From contig MU054049.1 in assembly GCA_013239625.1 (NCBI GenBank), forward strand, positions 197,015-261,014: DNA of 64,000 nucleotides, in the 5' to 3' direction. Below, in pieces: positions 22,871 to 36,070 of this stretch. The notes below the pieces were generated by a model, which did not search any database, had not been told where the DNA came from, and saw nothing but the letters and a program-made list of their open reading frames with translations. The position numbers and the translations under genes are program-made. Position 1 is the first letter of the stretch, and every line of letters starts with the position of its first letter. The stretch comes from Lama guanicoe. Taxonomy: Eukaryota.

Positions 22871-23240
22871 CTATGGACTGAACTGTGTCCCCTCAAGCTT
22901 ATATGCCTAAGGCTTAATCCTCAATGTCGCTGTATTTGGAGATAGGGCCTTTAAGGAGGGGACTGAGGTTAAGTGAGGTCAGAAGGATGGAGCCTGGATC
23001 CAACAGAATTGGTGCCATTATAAAAGAGGAAGAGGCACCAGATCTCTCAATGCCATGTGAGGACACAGCGAGAAGGCACCTGTCAGCAAACCAGGAAGAG
23101 AGCTCTTACCAGACACCAAACCTGGCTGGAAATTTCATCCTAGACTCTCCAGCCTCCAGAACTGTGAGAAAATGAATTTTTGTTCCTTAAGCCAGTCAGG
23201 CCGTGGCATTTGCTATGGCTGTCCAAGCAGACTGTCATGA
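22871..23240 (+). mobile_element. MaLR LTR (MLT1A-type)
   Basis: 'ctatggactgaactgtgtcccc','gtatttggagatagggcctttaagg','ccagcctccagaactgtgagaaa'. Confidence 0.9.
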
Positions 23241-23365
23241 GAACATTCCAACTGGGCTGTGGTTCCTCCGTTTGAGGGGCTGATTAAAAATCCAGAACAC
23301 AGAGGACTTCACAGTAGGGGGGGCTTTGCTTCTGAAACCCTCACTCACCTTTGTTACCTCTACAG

Positions 23366-23820
23366 ATATGGTCCCATATGGTTTGACAAGGGGAACCCGG
23401 TCTTTAAAAAGGCCCCTCTCTTCTCCCTGAAAATTTAATTAACAGGCACACTATCCAAATGTTCTGTTTCTTGGTTGACACATTGTAGGTCAGGGTTTTT
23501 CAAGCCAATGTTTTCCAGATGTAGAAAGAGGACCTTAAACACAGCCTAATGTTCAACTGCTTGCCACTTGGGGAACATTACAATTATGCTGCCATATTGG
23601 TGGATCTCATTAACCTTCAGTGACCTCTAACTTACTGATATAACTTGGTTGTGGACAAAGCTATATAATGTCGACAAACAGGTTTGCTTTTGAAACATGG
23701 ACCAAGCATACAGGACCTGAACCATAAGTCAGGAGGAATTATCTCTTGGCAGAACCGTAAGTTTTTCCAGCAGTGATATTAATTCAAAATGGTTGACTAT
23801 CTACCTTTCTATCAGTTCTC
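23366..23820 (+). pseudogene. decayed EWI-like domain 1
   Basis: acceptor ctctacag|AT; K(G)PLF (CD101 KGPLF); KCSVS; PNVQLLATW/EHYNYAAI; LLL..SIQDLNHKSGGI..Q; SSD. Confidence 0.6.
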
Positions 23821-23911
23821 CATCTATGTATGTATGTATGTATGTAAGTATCTATCTATCTATTAATTTATCTATCTACCTACCTCTTATCTATCTATTC
23901 TTTATCATCTG

Positions 23912-23967
<56 letters not shown>

Positions 23968-24150
23968 CCTATCTATCATCTATCTATCTATCATCTCTAT
24001 CTCTATCTGCCTATTATCTATCAATTCTTTATTATCTCTCTTTCTCTCTACCCATTTATCTATTTATCTACCTATTATCTTTCTATTCTTTATCTTCTGT
24101 CTGTCTGCCCATCTGTCTATCTAACTGTCTATCTATCTAACTATCTAATT
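23798..24150. repeat. (TCTA)n microsatellite with degenerate flanks
   Basis: long ctat array. Confidence 0.95.
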
Positions 24151-25052
24151 TATCGCCTAAGGTGTTCCCCAAATTTCTAGTGAAATGACCATAAAGGAAC
24201 ACAGAAGGGGGACATTTCACAATAGCAGTGAGACTAGGAAGAGTAAGTACCAGACGATTAAAAAAGACTGCACTCAACTCTTTCATCACAATCATAATTC
24301 AATCATAAAGAGGAACAGATAACCAAAGACCATCAGATCCTTGAGGGAAAAATTAAGAAATGTAAATACACTGCTGTCAAACCCCTGCACCCAGTCCTTC
24401 CTTACCCTCATCCCAGAGGCAGCTGGGAGACCAGTTTCTAACCTGGAGGTCAGTAGTGGACTGGGATGCTCAGCCATTTACCATCTGAGGCTTGGGATTC
24501 TGCTCAGCCACTGACCATTTACTGTCTGCTTTGTGGCTTATAACATTGTGTCAATATTAACTGCTCTCCTGACTCTCTTTAAAAAATTGTGCTTTTAAAA
24601 AATCGCTTTACTGTCATTCTAGTGGGGTTTGGTGAGGGAGCAGAGGTAAAATATACAAGCTGAGTCAGAAACTCCCTCACAGAGTATTTGCAGATCTGGA
24701 AACACACACATTCTTCTCCCTCCTCTGAAAAAATAATATCCCAAGGATATGCTGCAAAATAATGAAAAAGTGACCTAATGAAGAGAAGAAAATGTATGCT
24801 TTTGCAAAACTGAGGAGATAAACCAGTACTCAATGTTGAGAAAATCTAGGGTCAGCAGACATGTGGTGGGTCTAGAAACAAACTAGTCCAACCAGAGGGT
24901 CCCAAGAAGACTGTTGCACTGGTTTAAAGACAAAAGTTGTGTTCCTTCTCGGTGGTCCTAATTACCCTACTGAATCATTATGCAATAATAATATTATAAA
25001 AGGAGTTTATTTTTCTTTTTAGAATTAACCTATAGGCAAAGCCCAGGAGTCT

Positions 25053-25225
25053 ACCATCTTTCATAAATTCTAATAGACAGGATTTTTTTTCGTATATTAT
25101 CTTCCTTGAAATTGGGATGTACTTTATGATTAATGAAGTATCATTGGCAGCATGTTTTCAATTAATGGAACATAAAACAATGGCATGTCACACAATTAAT
25201 GACATGCTATATTTGATAAAGTGAG
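25053..25225. mobile_element. TcMar-Tc2 MITE (MER104-like)
   Basis: 'tgaaattgggatgtact','ggaacataaaacaatggcatgtcacacaattaatgacatgc'. Confidence 0.6.
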
Positions 25226-26349
25226 ATATATTGACAGAGGAGAAAGAAAAGATTATAAACTGTCACAGTCTGAAGTAAAAAGAGAAATGACAGAAAATGA
25301 GATGGGGAAGGAAGGGGAAGAGTGGGGCAGGCAGAGGCTTAATTTCTTCAATTTATATGGTAAAGACTCAAAAAGCTGCTCTGGAAATACAGATCAAGAA
25401 ATAGCTTCAAGCATAGTTTTTAATCATAAAAGTAAGCTAAAAGAGCTAAAGGAGAACTAATATAATTTTATATATATATATATGAAGTTTGGGCTGAGTA
25501 AAATATGATGTAAATGATTTAAATTTTTTTTAAAGAGGGGGAGCAGAGAGGCACTGTTGAGGGTCGACAGGTCAAGAAATGGAGCTCTAAACATACTATT
25601 TAGAGCATGGAGGTCACATCCAGGAAAAGCAAAATCAGAAACTTTGGTAAGTGATTAGCCTTGGGGAGTTGGGTAGGGAGGGAAGAAGTAGGGAAAGTTT
25701 TCTATGCTTTCAGCATTGTTTGAATTTTTTACTAGTAAGCGTATCACTGTTAGAAAATTAAAGCATTTAAAAAAATACATTGTAGCACTGAAAAATACAC
25801 CCCTAGATTTACTAGTTCATTATCTTATATTATCCACAGGTAAGATGGACATGTAATTGCCTGGTATAGCAAATGTAAGTCATGTAAATACATGCATCCT
25901 CTTCTATGCAGATGAGATGTAGTATCTCAGTCTATCTGTGGCCCAAACAACTATGCATCATAGCTCGGCATCACTTAAAAATAAAACCAACTCCTCAAAA
26001 ACTCAAGATACAGTTTTTATAGATAATTCTCAGTCTAAGTGATTTATCAACAAATATCTCTTTCCATAAATTATTCATTTCAGTAAAAGTTTGTTAACCA
26101 TCCCTGGAAAGCAGCACTGTTCCAACTCAGGTTTGAAGAACTTTATAAGATTATTTGGCTGAGGGGTGGTTAACTGAATTCACGAACTTTGAACACTTTT
26201 AAGACTAAAACTATTGCATCCATTTAAAAAGGTATATGTTTGTTAGCACCTCGATCCCCCATTCAAGTCTACATTTTCTAGTGGATGCAAACTAATTTTC
26301 TACAGAGGAGTACGGAACACACACACAGATCACACACACCCTCCCCTAA

Positions 26350-26930
26350 GCAAGAGCTCCGGCCTGAGTCATCGTTGGGCATCTCGGTTTTCCCGGGTGG
26401 AGACCAACACTTCCTCTGCTCAGCTTCTTGCCAAAGCTTACGGGATCTGCATTTAATCAGCAGCTGAGAGCAGCTGCCCATCCTGTAGCTGTTGGAGAGG
26501 ACAGTCTTCAGTTTGTTGACATGTGATAGGGATGGTTTCTTGAAAGATCGTGAGCTGTGTGGCTCTTCCCGGTACTGTGAAATCTACATCTACAGCAAAT
26601 TGGCTTAGCCAAGAGCCAGGCACCTGCAGTGCACCGACAATCACTTTTACTGCATTACTTTGCTGTGGGATACTATGTATCCAGCCTGAGAGGTTGCCCT
26701 GTGTAAGAACTGATAACACTTCCCTAGGACATCATTAATCATTGTGCACTGCATCCTCTTTAAAAAGACTTCCAGGCTTACTTGCTGCCTCATTTAGGTA
26801 CCAAGAAATGTTGAGATTGTTGTGGGGCTTGTTCTGCAAATCACGTGACCTCCACAAACTGTAGAAAGCACCAGGTCTTATCTTCACAGATTCATAGGGA
26901 GAAAACGGTTCTTCACTCTTAGAAAGTGAA
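26350..26930 (+). pseudogene. best-preserved EWI-like domain 2, running into domain 3
   Basis: single frame: VFPGGDQHFLCSASCQSLRDLHLISS*(W)..LLTCDRDGFLK..SKLA..RHLQCTDNHFYCITLLW (IGSF3 HLSVAW..LSRD..DKLG..HLQPSDQGEFYC..W); then KDFQ (CD101 d3) and VPRNVEIVVG..LQIT* (PTGFRN VPKNVSVAEG..LTC). Confidence 0.75.
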
Positions 26931-27299
26931 ATGTCATCCCTGCATGTTGTTTTTGACCTTATCCTTGAGTTCAGTTTCTATCTTCCCTTTTGGGTCTCTT
27001 CCCTCTTTTATTTTTGTACCATTTTCATCTATCCTATGTGTCTTATAAGCCACCCTAATCTTTTTGTAACAGAAAGGAATACACGAATAATGAAAATAAC
27101 CCTCACACCAAATCTGTAAGGTAGGTGTCTTATTCCCATTTCACAGATAAGAAAACTGATAACTGAAGACAGAGTCAGCCAAGAAAGTCAATTGGAGCCA
27201 CTGCTGTCGGAGTCCCAAGTCCGGCGTCTTAGCATCCTTTCCCTTCGTAGAAGAAAGAGCCTCTGTAAGTTTCTTAGGAGTGATGCTGTTTCCAAGGAG

Positions 27300-28710
27300 C
27301 ATCAAGGAAATTATTAATAAAGAGAAGATGATATTGTAAAGTATATTTGTTTACAAGCTGCTAAAGCTAAGTCACTAAGCTAAGTTATGACTGCTATGTG
27401 TGACCTACTCCTGGGCCAGGAGAGGTGGGAAGACCAGTTGTCTGCATGGGCCCCAGGTCAACTCAGCTGTGCTCCTCCTCCAGCTGTGGAGCCCCCTCCG
27501 CTGCCCTGGGAGCAGGGTATGGGCTTCCTATAGCCCGTGTAGCACTGCTGGACCCCTCGGGCTCTCAGCTGCTCCCCAACTCCAGCTCCTCACTGTCCCC
27601 TCCCTGTCCTACCCTGAGCCTCTCTGTTCTCACCTGGAGCTCCCTGAGACTCTGGGCCAGGAACAGATCCACCTGCCTTGGTGGGAGAGAGAGGGAGATT
27701 CAGAACCCTGCACCCCGGCTCACACAAACTCACCTCCGCTTTATCCACAGAGGTGAGGATGAGGACGGAGCACCAGTTAGAACTCACGTCCTGCACCCGT
27801 GTGAGTTTCCCCTTCCTTCTCTGCGCGTTGTAACTGCAGTCAGCGAGGCCTTTCTGCACCAGTCCAGACAGGCACTGCGCTTTCTTCTCTCTGGCCGTGG
27901 ATTAATCCACCACTTGGCACATAATAGGTACTCAGTAAATGCCGGCTTCTTCCCCTGGTTTGGTCCCGAATTTGGCCTGGCAGCTCTGGCTCTCTGTCTT
28001 CCCTGAGTGGGGCCCTTCGCCTCCTCCTCCCTTGTCTGGCTTTTGCTCATACGTGCTGGACCTGATAAAAGCTCCTTCGACGTGATGTATCAAACACCTC
28101 TCTTCTCCAGGCCCGAGCCCCTCGGGGATTTTGAAAGGAAACAGGCCCCATGTGCTTCATTCAGCCCATTTCATTGTTGTTCCGTGGGAGCTGGGGGGAT
28201 GTGTGGGACACCCTGGAACCAGTTCATGGCTCTGCTGAAAGGTGTTTTTCTTAGAAGCAGGAAGTTACGTCCTGCCAAGAAGAAATGAAAAGAAAGCCCC
28301 CAAGGGTTCACTCAGGGTTCGCTGGGAGCTGCACTGAGTGGTTGCCGTGTGCTTGGCCCCACCGGGGAGGAAGTTGGGACGAACTCTCCATCTGGAGCTC
28401 TGAGGATGCAGGCAAGGTGGGCCCTGGTAGGGTTGTTGGGGGCAGCGGGGGAGAGACACATGCCCCCGTGGCCTAGGGGCTCGGTGGCAGCCCCTTCCTG
28501 CTCTTGGATCACCTGCTCATTCAGTGTTGTTGGCTGCTGTGTGTGTCCTGTTCCTCTGAATCTCCACAGAGGCTGAGGGGCATGCAGGAGGTGTCCAGGC
28601 AAACCTGGAGCCCACATCCTGGCTCTCATCCAATGAATGTGTATCCTTGGACGGATGGCTTCCCCTCTTTGGGCAGCAGATCTGCACTGTGAACTCAGGG
28701 GCTGCTCTTT
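27300..28710 (+). pseudogene. decayed IGSF8/IGSF3-like multi-domain copy
   Basis: TYSWARRGGK..QVNSAVLLL (IGSF3 YTQRVRGGK..QGNSTLL); ETLGQEQ; CRV..SGALRMQARWALVGLLG (IGSF8 d4 PGLRLAASW..LVGGVG); LNLHR/AEGHAG..PTSWL; GSRSA. Confidence 0.55.
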
Positions 28711-29639
28711 GCACCGCCCCACACCTCCTCACTTCCCCACACTTCCTCATCTCCCTCACCCTTCCCCCCCTTGCCTTCCCCAGCCAGGTTCAGATAAGGC
28801 TATTTATTCAAAGACGTTCACTGGGTGAGCGGAACTGAGCAAACAAACATCCTGGGAGTGTGAAGAGGAGCCTGCGGGCTTTCCACAGCGGGAGGGGAGG
28901 ATTGCTCCCAAGGATGCTCAGACCCGGGGCAAGAGCACCGCAGCCCCCACAGGAAAGGACCAGGGGAGCAATCGCTCTTCCTCAGCTCTAGCGAAACTTC
29001 TTGGCAGACAGCATGGAATTCATTTCTACCTTTTCTCATTCCTTCAGCAAATACTGAGAGCCTTCCATTTGCTCAGTGAAGAAAAACTAGGGCTTCTGCC
29101 TAAAGCCCAAACCAGTTCTATCATTGACTGACTTTGCAATCTTGGGAAAACCATGTAAACGTCTAATTTTCTCATTGCACATTTGTCATTACTATGTACT
29201 TCGGAACTCCTGGAGAACAGGGGCAGCATTTTATTTCTCTGTCTGTTCCTGGACTCTGGAAGAGTCCCCTGCTCACTCAAGGGTGGGTGGAATGAATAGG
29301 AAAACAATTTATTCCCTCCGTCATGTACTGAGAGGGTACCTGGGCTGCAGAGATGGACATGCCTGGGGTCAGCCAAATCTGTGCGGCAATGGAGGAACAG
29401 AAGGGCCTCCTAGCCAGCCAAAGGGCTGAGGAAAATACTGAGGGTAGACAAGATGTCTAGAGCCAGGTTGTGAAACAGTAGGACTCAAGAAGACTGTTTA
29501 GGATCCCAGTGAGTTCCAGAGGGCACCTTGCTGGCAGGGGATGACTTCGGTGGTAACGTCAGTCTCACTTTGAGGCACTCTGAAGTCATCGGCAGTATCT
29601 GGACCTATGCTCTGGGTCTTGGAACTGGGACGGGAGAGC

Positions 29640-29830
29640 GCTGTAGGGTTCAGCTCAACCAAAGAAAGAAGTTTTCAACAATTAAAACTGTTGGACTCTC
29701 GAATTAGCTACCTCCAGAGGTAGTGAGTTTCTCAACCCTGCGGGTTTGTATATAAAGACTTGACGGCCATATTTTACAAAATGTCTTATTGGTGAGTCAG
29801 GAATCACTGAAGAGTGGATTACGTTCCAAA
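29640..29830 (+). mobile_element. L3/CR1 3' fragment
   Basis: 'aagaagttttcaacaattaaaactgtt..ctacctccagaggtagtgagtttctc'. Confidence 0.6.
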
Positions 29831-29936
29831 GCATGGTGGTGCATGCATGATTGCTGGTACTTGAGCTGATTTTACAAAGTACACAGACCAACTTTTTAAA
29901 AAAGTTATATGTTTTGTTTCAGTTAAATTTAATGTA

Positions 29937-30872
29937 TAGGCATACCTCGGCGATATTTGGGGTTAGATCACTGCAATAAAGTGAAAATCGCAGTAAAGCA
30001 AGTCACACAAATTTTGTGGTTTCCTGGTGCATATAAAAGTTGTGTTTACACCATACTGTAGTCTAAATGTGCAATGCCATTATGTCTAAAACATGTATAT
30101 ACTTAATTAAAAATAGTTTATTGCTAAAAATTGCTCACCATCATCTGAGCCCTCGGTGAGCTGTAATCTTTTTGCTGGTGGAGGGTCTCGCCTCGGTGTT
30201 GACAGCTGCTAACTGATCATGATGGTGGTTGCTGAAGGTTGAGGTGGCTGTAGCAATTTCTTAAAATAGGACAGCAATGAAATTTGCCTCATCAAATGAC
30301 TGTTCTTTCATGAGCCATTTCTCTGTAGCATGCAATGATGTTTGGAAGCATTTTACTCATAGTAGAAGTTCTTTCAAAATTGGAGTCAATCGTCTCAAAC
30401 CCTGCCTCTGCTTTCTCAATTAAGTTTATGTAATATTTTAAATCCTTTGTTGTCATTTCAACAGCCTTCACAGCATCTTCACCAGGAGTAGATTCCATCT
30501 CAGTTAATCCCTTTCTTTGCTCATCAACCATTAAAGTTTTATCCTGAGATGACAGCAATTCATTCACATCTTCAGGCTCCACTTCTGATTCTAGTTCTCT
30601 TGCTATTTCCACCACATCAGCAGTTACAACAATTACATCAAAGATTACTGATCACAGATCACCGTAACAATTATTAACAATAATGGGAAAGCTTGAAATA
30701 TGGAGAGAATTACCAAATGGTGACCCAGAGATACAAAGTGAGCAAACGCTGTTGGAAAAATGGCGCCGATAGCCTTGCTCAATGCAAGGTTGCCGCAAAT
30801 CTTCAGTTTGTAAGAAATGCAAAATTTGGGGAATGCAATAAAGTGAAGTATAATTAAATGAGGTCTGGCTCT
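29937..30872 (-). mobile_element. internally deleted Tigger1 DNA transposon
   Basis: terminus aggcatacctcg / gaggtctggct; minus ORF 30292-30615 is Tigger1 transposase C-terminus (EVEPEDVNELL..STPGEDAV..DSNFERTS). Confidence 0.9.
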
Positions 30873-30939
30873 ATTTTTGTAATTATTCTCTGTGTATGTG
30901 ATAACCTGTTTTTTATTTATGGAGTAGCAAACATAAACT

Positions 30940-31517
30940 TTTATTTTCACATAAATGTACCAAATACAATACCATTCATAATTGCTCAGAAAAAGAGAAA
31001 TATTTAGGGGTGAATCTAACAGAATATGTACAGGACTTGTATGCTAAGAACTATAAAACATTGGATAAAAGAAACCAAAGAATATCTAAATATATGGAGA
31101 GACATACCATATACTGGGGGCTTAACATAGTAAAAAATGTCAATTCTCCCCAAATTGACATACAGGTTTAATGCCATTTTATCAGATCCCCAGCAATATT
31201 TTTTTTGCAGATATAGCCAAAATTATTCTCAATTTATATGGAAAGGCAAAGGAACTTGACTAGCTAAAATAATTTTTTAAGGAATTAAAAAGTGGGAAGA
31301 ATCAGTGTACCTGATTTCAAGATTTATTACATATTTATGATAATCAGGGTTGTGTGGTAACAGTGGAGGGACAGGCACATAGACAGATCAGTGGGACAGG
31401 ATAAAAAAACTAAGAAACAGATCCACACAAAGATGCCTATCTGATTTTTAACAAAAGTGGCAAAAACATTCAATGGGAAAAAGATAGTCTTTTCAGCAGA
31501 ATGTGTTGGAGCAATTG

Positions 31518-31570
<53 letters not shown>

Positions 31571-31945
31571 AAGAAAAAAGCTTCAATATAAGTTTTATAG
31601 CTTCACAAAAATTAACTCAAACTGAAAACAGATCGTAGACTTAAAAGTAAAACATGAAATTACTAAACTTGGAAAACAAAACAAAACAAAGCAAGAAAAC
31701 CTCCAGGAGCTAGGGCTAGACAAAAGGTTCTTAGACTTGGCATCAAAACCACAATCCTTAAATGGAAAGATTGATAAATCAGACTTTATAAATGTAAAAA
31801 CTTTTACTCCATAAAAACCCTTTTAAGGGGATGAAAAGATAAGCTACCGACTGGGAGAAAATATTGGCAAACCACATATCCAACAAAGGACTAATATCTA
31901 GAATATAAAAAGAACTCATAAAACTTGGCAGTAAAAAGTCAAGGA
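30940..31945 (+). mobile_element. old L1 ORF2 fragment with internal poly-A expansion
   Basis: 'gtcaattctccccaaattga..atatggaaaggcaaagga','attcaatgggaaaaagatagtcttttca','gactgggagaaaatattggcaaaccacatatc'. Confidence 0.85.
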
Positions 31946-32029
31946 AGAGAAAGAGAGAGGGAGGAAGAAAGGGAGGGAGGGGAGAAGGGAAGAGGAGGGG
32001 GAAAGAGAAAATTGGGCTCCACATCTCTC

Positions 32030-32247
32030 AGTCATCAGAAGGTTCCCAGACATGATCACGGGACAGTGGAGTTCCAAGAGCAGCAAACAGGATGCGCTAA
32101 TGGGCAAGCCAGTCTCTGCTTGTGTCACATTGGCTACTTATCCCATTGGCCAAAGCAAGTCACAAGGCCAGCTCAAGGGGATGGGGAAAGACTCCAACAT
32201 TGGATGGAAGGAGCTGTACGCTCTGGGGCTGTTTTGTCATCTACCAT
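32030..32247 (-). mobile_element. MaLR LTR fragment (MLT1J/K-like)
   Basis: 'tcccattggccaaagcaagtcacaaggccagctcaa..ggatggaaggagctg'. Confidence 0.75.
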
Positions 32248-33305
32248 TGGAAGTGAGCTTAATAAAAGTAGCTGCAACACCACAGCTCACAGGGCTGCCT
32301 CTCTCCTGGGCTTCTGGACTCCTCTGCCCCTCACTTGCCACTGTCATCTCTTCTTGCCTCTGAGTATTTATTAATTTTAACTTGATCCAGAGTGTCATCT
32401 CCCTCCAGCTTTCCATGCTCCTTTATTTACCAGAGGGCTCCTCCTGTGGCAAGGGTTCCCGCCCTCCCCAGGCACTGATCAGGAGGCAGACGCTCACCTG
32501 CCACGTGGCTTCTCCTCTCCTCACTGTGTGTCTGAGCTCAAAGGAAGGTCAGCATCCAGGGCCACCAATATGAAAGGACACAAACAAGTATCCTTCTTAT
32601 AAGGATTATGCACCATTTAAAAAACTCTCTCTGCCCTCCTACGCCCCCAATCAGGGAAGAAGGCTGAAGAAATGGATGTTAGTAAAGCCCCAGAAACACG
32701 GGCCCATCCTTCCCGCTTATCCCCTGGCCCACCCCATCCCCCACGCTCACGGACCCACTGGGCACATTCCAGGACCCCCAACCTGGTGGCCATAGTGGTC
32801 ACCTAAGCCTCTGCTGGACTGAGCTGCAATTTCCCCTCAGGTGTCCCAACTGAGTGATGTGTTTTAAACCTCTACCTGTGCTAAGCACTTTCACTGGGTC
32901 CCTGATAGCCACGTGACAGAACAAGCCCTGCACCCCACCTGGCTGGTCCCTTTTCCTGCCTGGTCTGTGTGCCAGGGAAGCAGATGTAATCCTTGAAAAT
33001 CCACCCCTGTCCACAGTGAGAATGCAGCTGCTTACATTGGCCCAAGAAATTCCCACAACACACAAACGGCATGGAAGGCCCAGAACATTGACAGTCATGC
33101 TTCCACATGCTCTCCCAGGTTCCTGAGCATCCCTGCCATGGTCACCACCAACGGAAGGGACAATCATCAGGTGTCCAATGCATTTCTATACCAATACCCC
33201 TGCTTCTTGGAAAACCCCTTAGGGTGTATTAATTCTGCAATAGAGAGGTGATGATGGAATTCTTCTTTCCCAAAGCATCCTCATGCTTTTGAGATCCTGG
33301 CTTTA

Positions 33306-33393
33306 GGGAGGCATATAGCTCAGTGGTAGAGTGCATGCTTAGCATGCACGAGGTCCTGGGGTCAATTCCCAGTACCTCCATTAAAAAAAAAAA
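33306..33393 (+). mobile_element. tRNA-derived camelid-type SINE with TSD
   Basis: gggaggcatatagctcagtggtagagtgcatgcttagcatgcacgaggtcctgggg..; TSD agatcctggcttta / agattctggcttta. Confidence 0.9.
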
Positions 33394-35698
33394 AGATTCT
33401 GGCTTTAAACAACACCAACTCACCAGCAATACCCTCAGCCAAGGGCGTGGGGCCCCTTGGGGGCTGTCACTTGATTGCAGACATGCATCACGGCGCAGAA
33501 AGCTGCTCTTTCTGGAATTTATTTGGAGAGATGAGGAATAGATTTAGCCAAAGTCTTATTGACAGCAACTTAAGAAACTGTGGGGTGAAGGATCCCGGAT
33601 GCTCCCTGATTCTGTTAGCAGGTACCAAAATGGGATCTGTAGACAAACAGAGCCTTGTTAGAACTCAGACCTCTGCCAGAGAGCATCCTACAGCCAGAGG
33701 GGACCTGGGAGGGCTCAGCTGATAGGAACCAGATTGCCCTGGGAATCTGAGGCATCGTGCAGGGCCTGCCAGCCCCGGGACTGCACCCCCAGACCTAAAT
33801 AAATTGTGACTTACAGAAGTACACAGTCAGGGAGCTTCGCCCTTCAGGGTGAAGATGAGATCCTGATCCAGCAGCCGGCAATTGGCACATGTGAAAAAGT
33901 TTTGTTAACATGAAGGGATGTGCCTTGGAGGCAGGATGATGAGAAGCAGATGAAGGCAGGAGTCGCTGATGGGGCTTCTGGGGAGCATTCCACATGGGCA
34001 GGGGGCCCGCCAGGCTGGGGAGGTCTGTGTCTCCAGCACCAGCTCCAGTTTGGCCAGATTCAAAGGGAATGTTCCCATGTCGAGGGAACATGCCGAGTGC
34101 AGGACGGAGAGTTCCGACGCTGGAGCTTGCTGCACAAACACCCAGACATCCCGGGCTGCAGATTTCACATCAGTCAGTGTGGGTGACCGCCAGCTCTTCC
34201 CTGGAACCATCTGTGGTCACAGACAGGCTCAGCCCCACCCAGTGGCGGGAAGACTCTTACTTTCACAGAAGTGGATAAAGAGAGCGGACAGCTGCCAGAC
34301 GCCTCATTCTTCTCCTGACAAGCTCTCATTCACCTCTCAATGCTCGGCCCAGAGGACACCTCCCCCGGGAAGCCTTCCTTCCAATCAACCCAGGCGTTAT
34401 CACTCTGCACGCATCACGTGGCATCGGCACGGGTGGTTGAGGTGCTTCCTGTCTGACTAGAGACTCCTTGCAGGTGGGCCAGTGTTGATCCTCTCTGTGT
34501 CCCCAAAGCCTAATTCTGGTTTTGGCACAAAATAGGTGCTAAATAAGCATGCATTTGATCCATAAATAAATGTTTCTGCCATGGCTCCCTTGACTTCAAA
34601 ATAATGGAGGCCATTCATAGTTTGGTGTACAAAACTGCTTTTAATATTTACATTTTAAAATAACATGCATTCAACCTCCTCTCCCTCTTTCCAAGGAGCA
34701 TCCTTCCTCCTGGGATCAGATTATCAGTCCTGAGACCCCAGGGAGGCTGGCCCAGCCCCAGGTCAGCCCTAACCTCTTCTCCCGAGCTGTCCCGGTAATG
34801 CCCTCTTCTGAGCATTGCTCTTGATGCCTCACTCCTTTTTGACAGTTCTTGATGGATGTAGAAACTTATGGGTCTGGTGACGTGGGTGCATGGAGCACTA
34901 GGTTAGGGCAGGAGGCAGGGGAGGGCCTTCTGTCACATGCTTGGCAATAGCGGGTCTATGTTCAGTGAGCCTGGATTCCTCGTGTTCAGTTACTCAAGTC
35001 AGTAGCTCCTTTGACTTAACGTCACACAGGTGCACATGATACCCACAATCACATGCACACCCACATGTGTTCCCAAGACAGGCACAAGGAGGGATGTCCA
35101 GCCTCAGCCACATCTTCTCATGGCCCTCCGGGGTTTATTTTGGGCCAGGGTGAACAGTGCTACCCTCTCTGCCCTCACAATGCATCTCCAATTAGGGACT
35201 GCTGTGTCCTTTGCCATCAGCTCTACCGGTAAAGTCCCCCTCGATCCACTCTCTAACATTAACCCTCAAAAAGGGAGACTTAGAATTTTGTCTCCTTCCA
35301 GACACCACGAGTACTATGGAGAAGAATGACCTTCTCAAAGCAAATAATAAACATAAGCAAAGGGCACTTCCTTGCAACCGTCAAGTAACCAAGAACAAAG
35401 AAATCTGGCTCCAAGATAATGTGGGGTCTCTGCTGATAACCAGCCACGGATCTCACTAAAATAATCTAAAGCTCAGCCTCGCTGGACAACCTCCACCCTG
35501 TCCTATACATTCATAGTAGAGACTTGTGAGGATGATGGGGTATGCACACAAGAGACAGTGTTTGCAAGCTCTGCATCATTAAATGCATCACTTTATTATT
35601 CTTGTTGACCACTGACTAAAAGAAAAATACCAAATGCATGAGTCTCCATTTGCCGCACTATTTGTTTCTGTTCGGTTCTGACACAGGTCGTGGTAGGA

Positions 35699-36070
35699 GT
35701 GCTGGGGACTGCGCTGTGTCCCCCCAAATCCACACGTTTAAGCCTTAATCCCCAGTGTGACTGTATTTAGAGACAGAGCCTTTAAGAGAGCTATAAGGTT
35801 GCGGTCCTACTCCATTACAACTGGTGTTTGTATAAGAAAAAAAAGAGAGACATCAGAGCTCTCTCTCTCTCTCTCTCTCACTGAGGAAAGGGCATGTGAG
35901 GACACAGCAGAAGATGGATGTCTGCAAGCTAAGGAGAGACCTCAGGAAAAACCAACCTTGCCAGCCCTGTGATCTTGGGATTCCAGCCTCCAGAACTATG
36001 AACAAATTAATTTCTGTTGTTCAAGGCACCCAGTCTTATTTTGTTACAGCAACCTGAGTAGGCTAAAATA
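35699..36070 (+). mobile_element. MaLR LTR (MLT1A-type)
   Basis: 'tgtgactgtatttagagacagagcctttaag','catgtgaggacacagc','ccagcctccagaactatga'. Confidence 0.85.

Noticed and set aside
26703..26708. Splice donor gtaaga (also gtaagt at 23757)
   Set aside because: Domain similarity continues past these sites, so they are probably not the original exon ends
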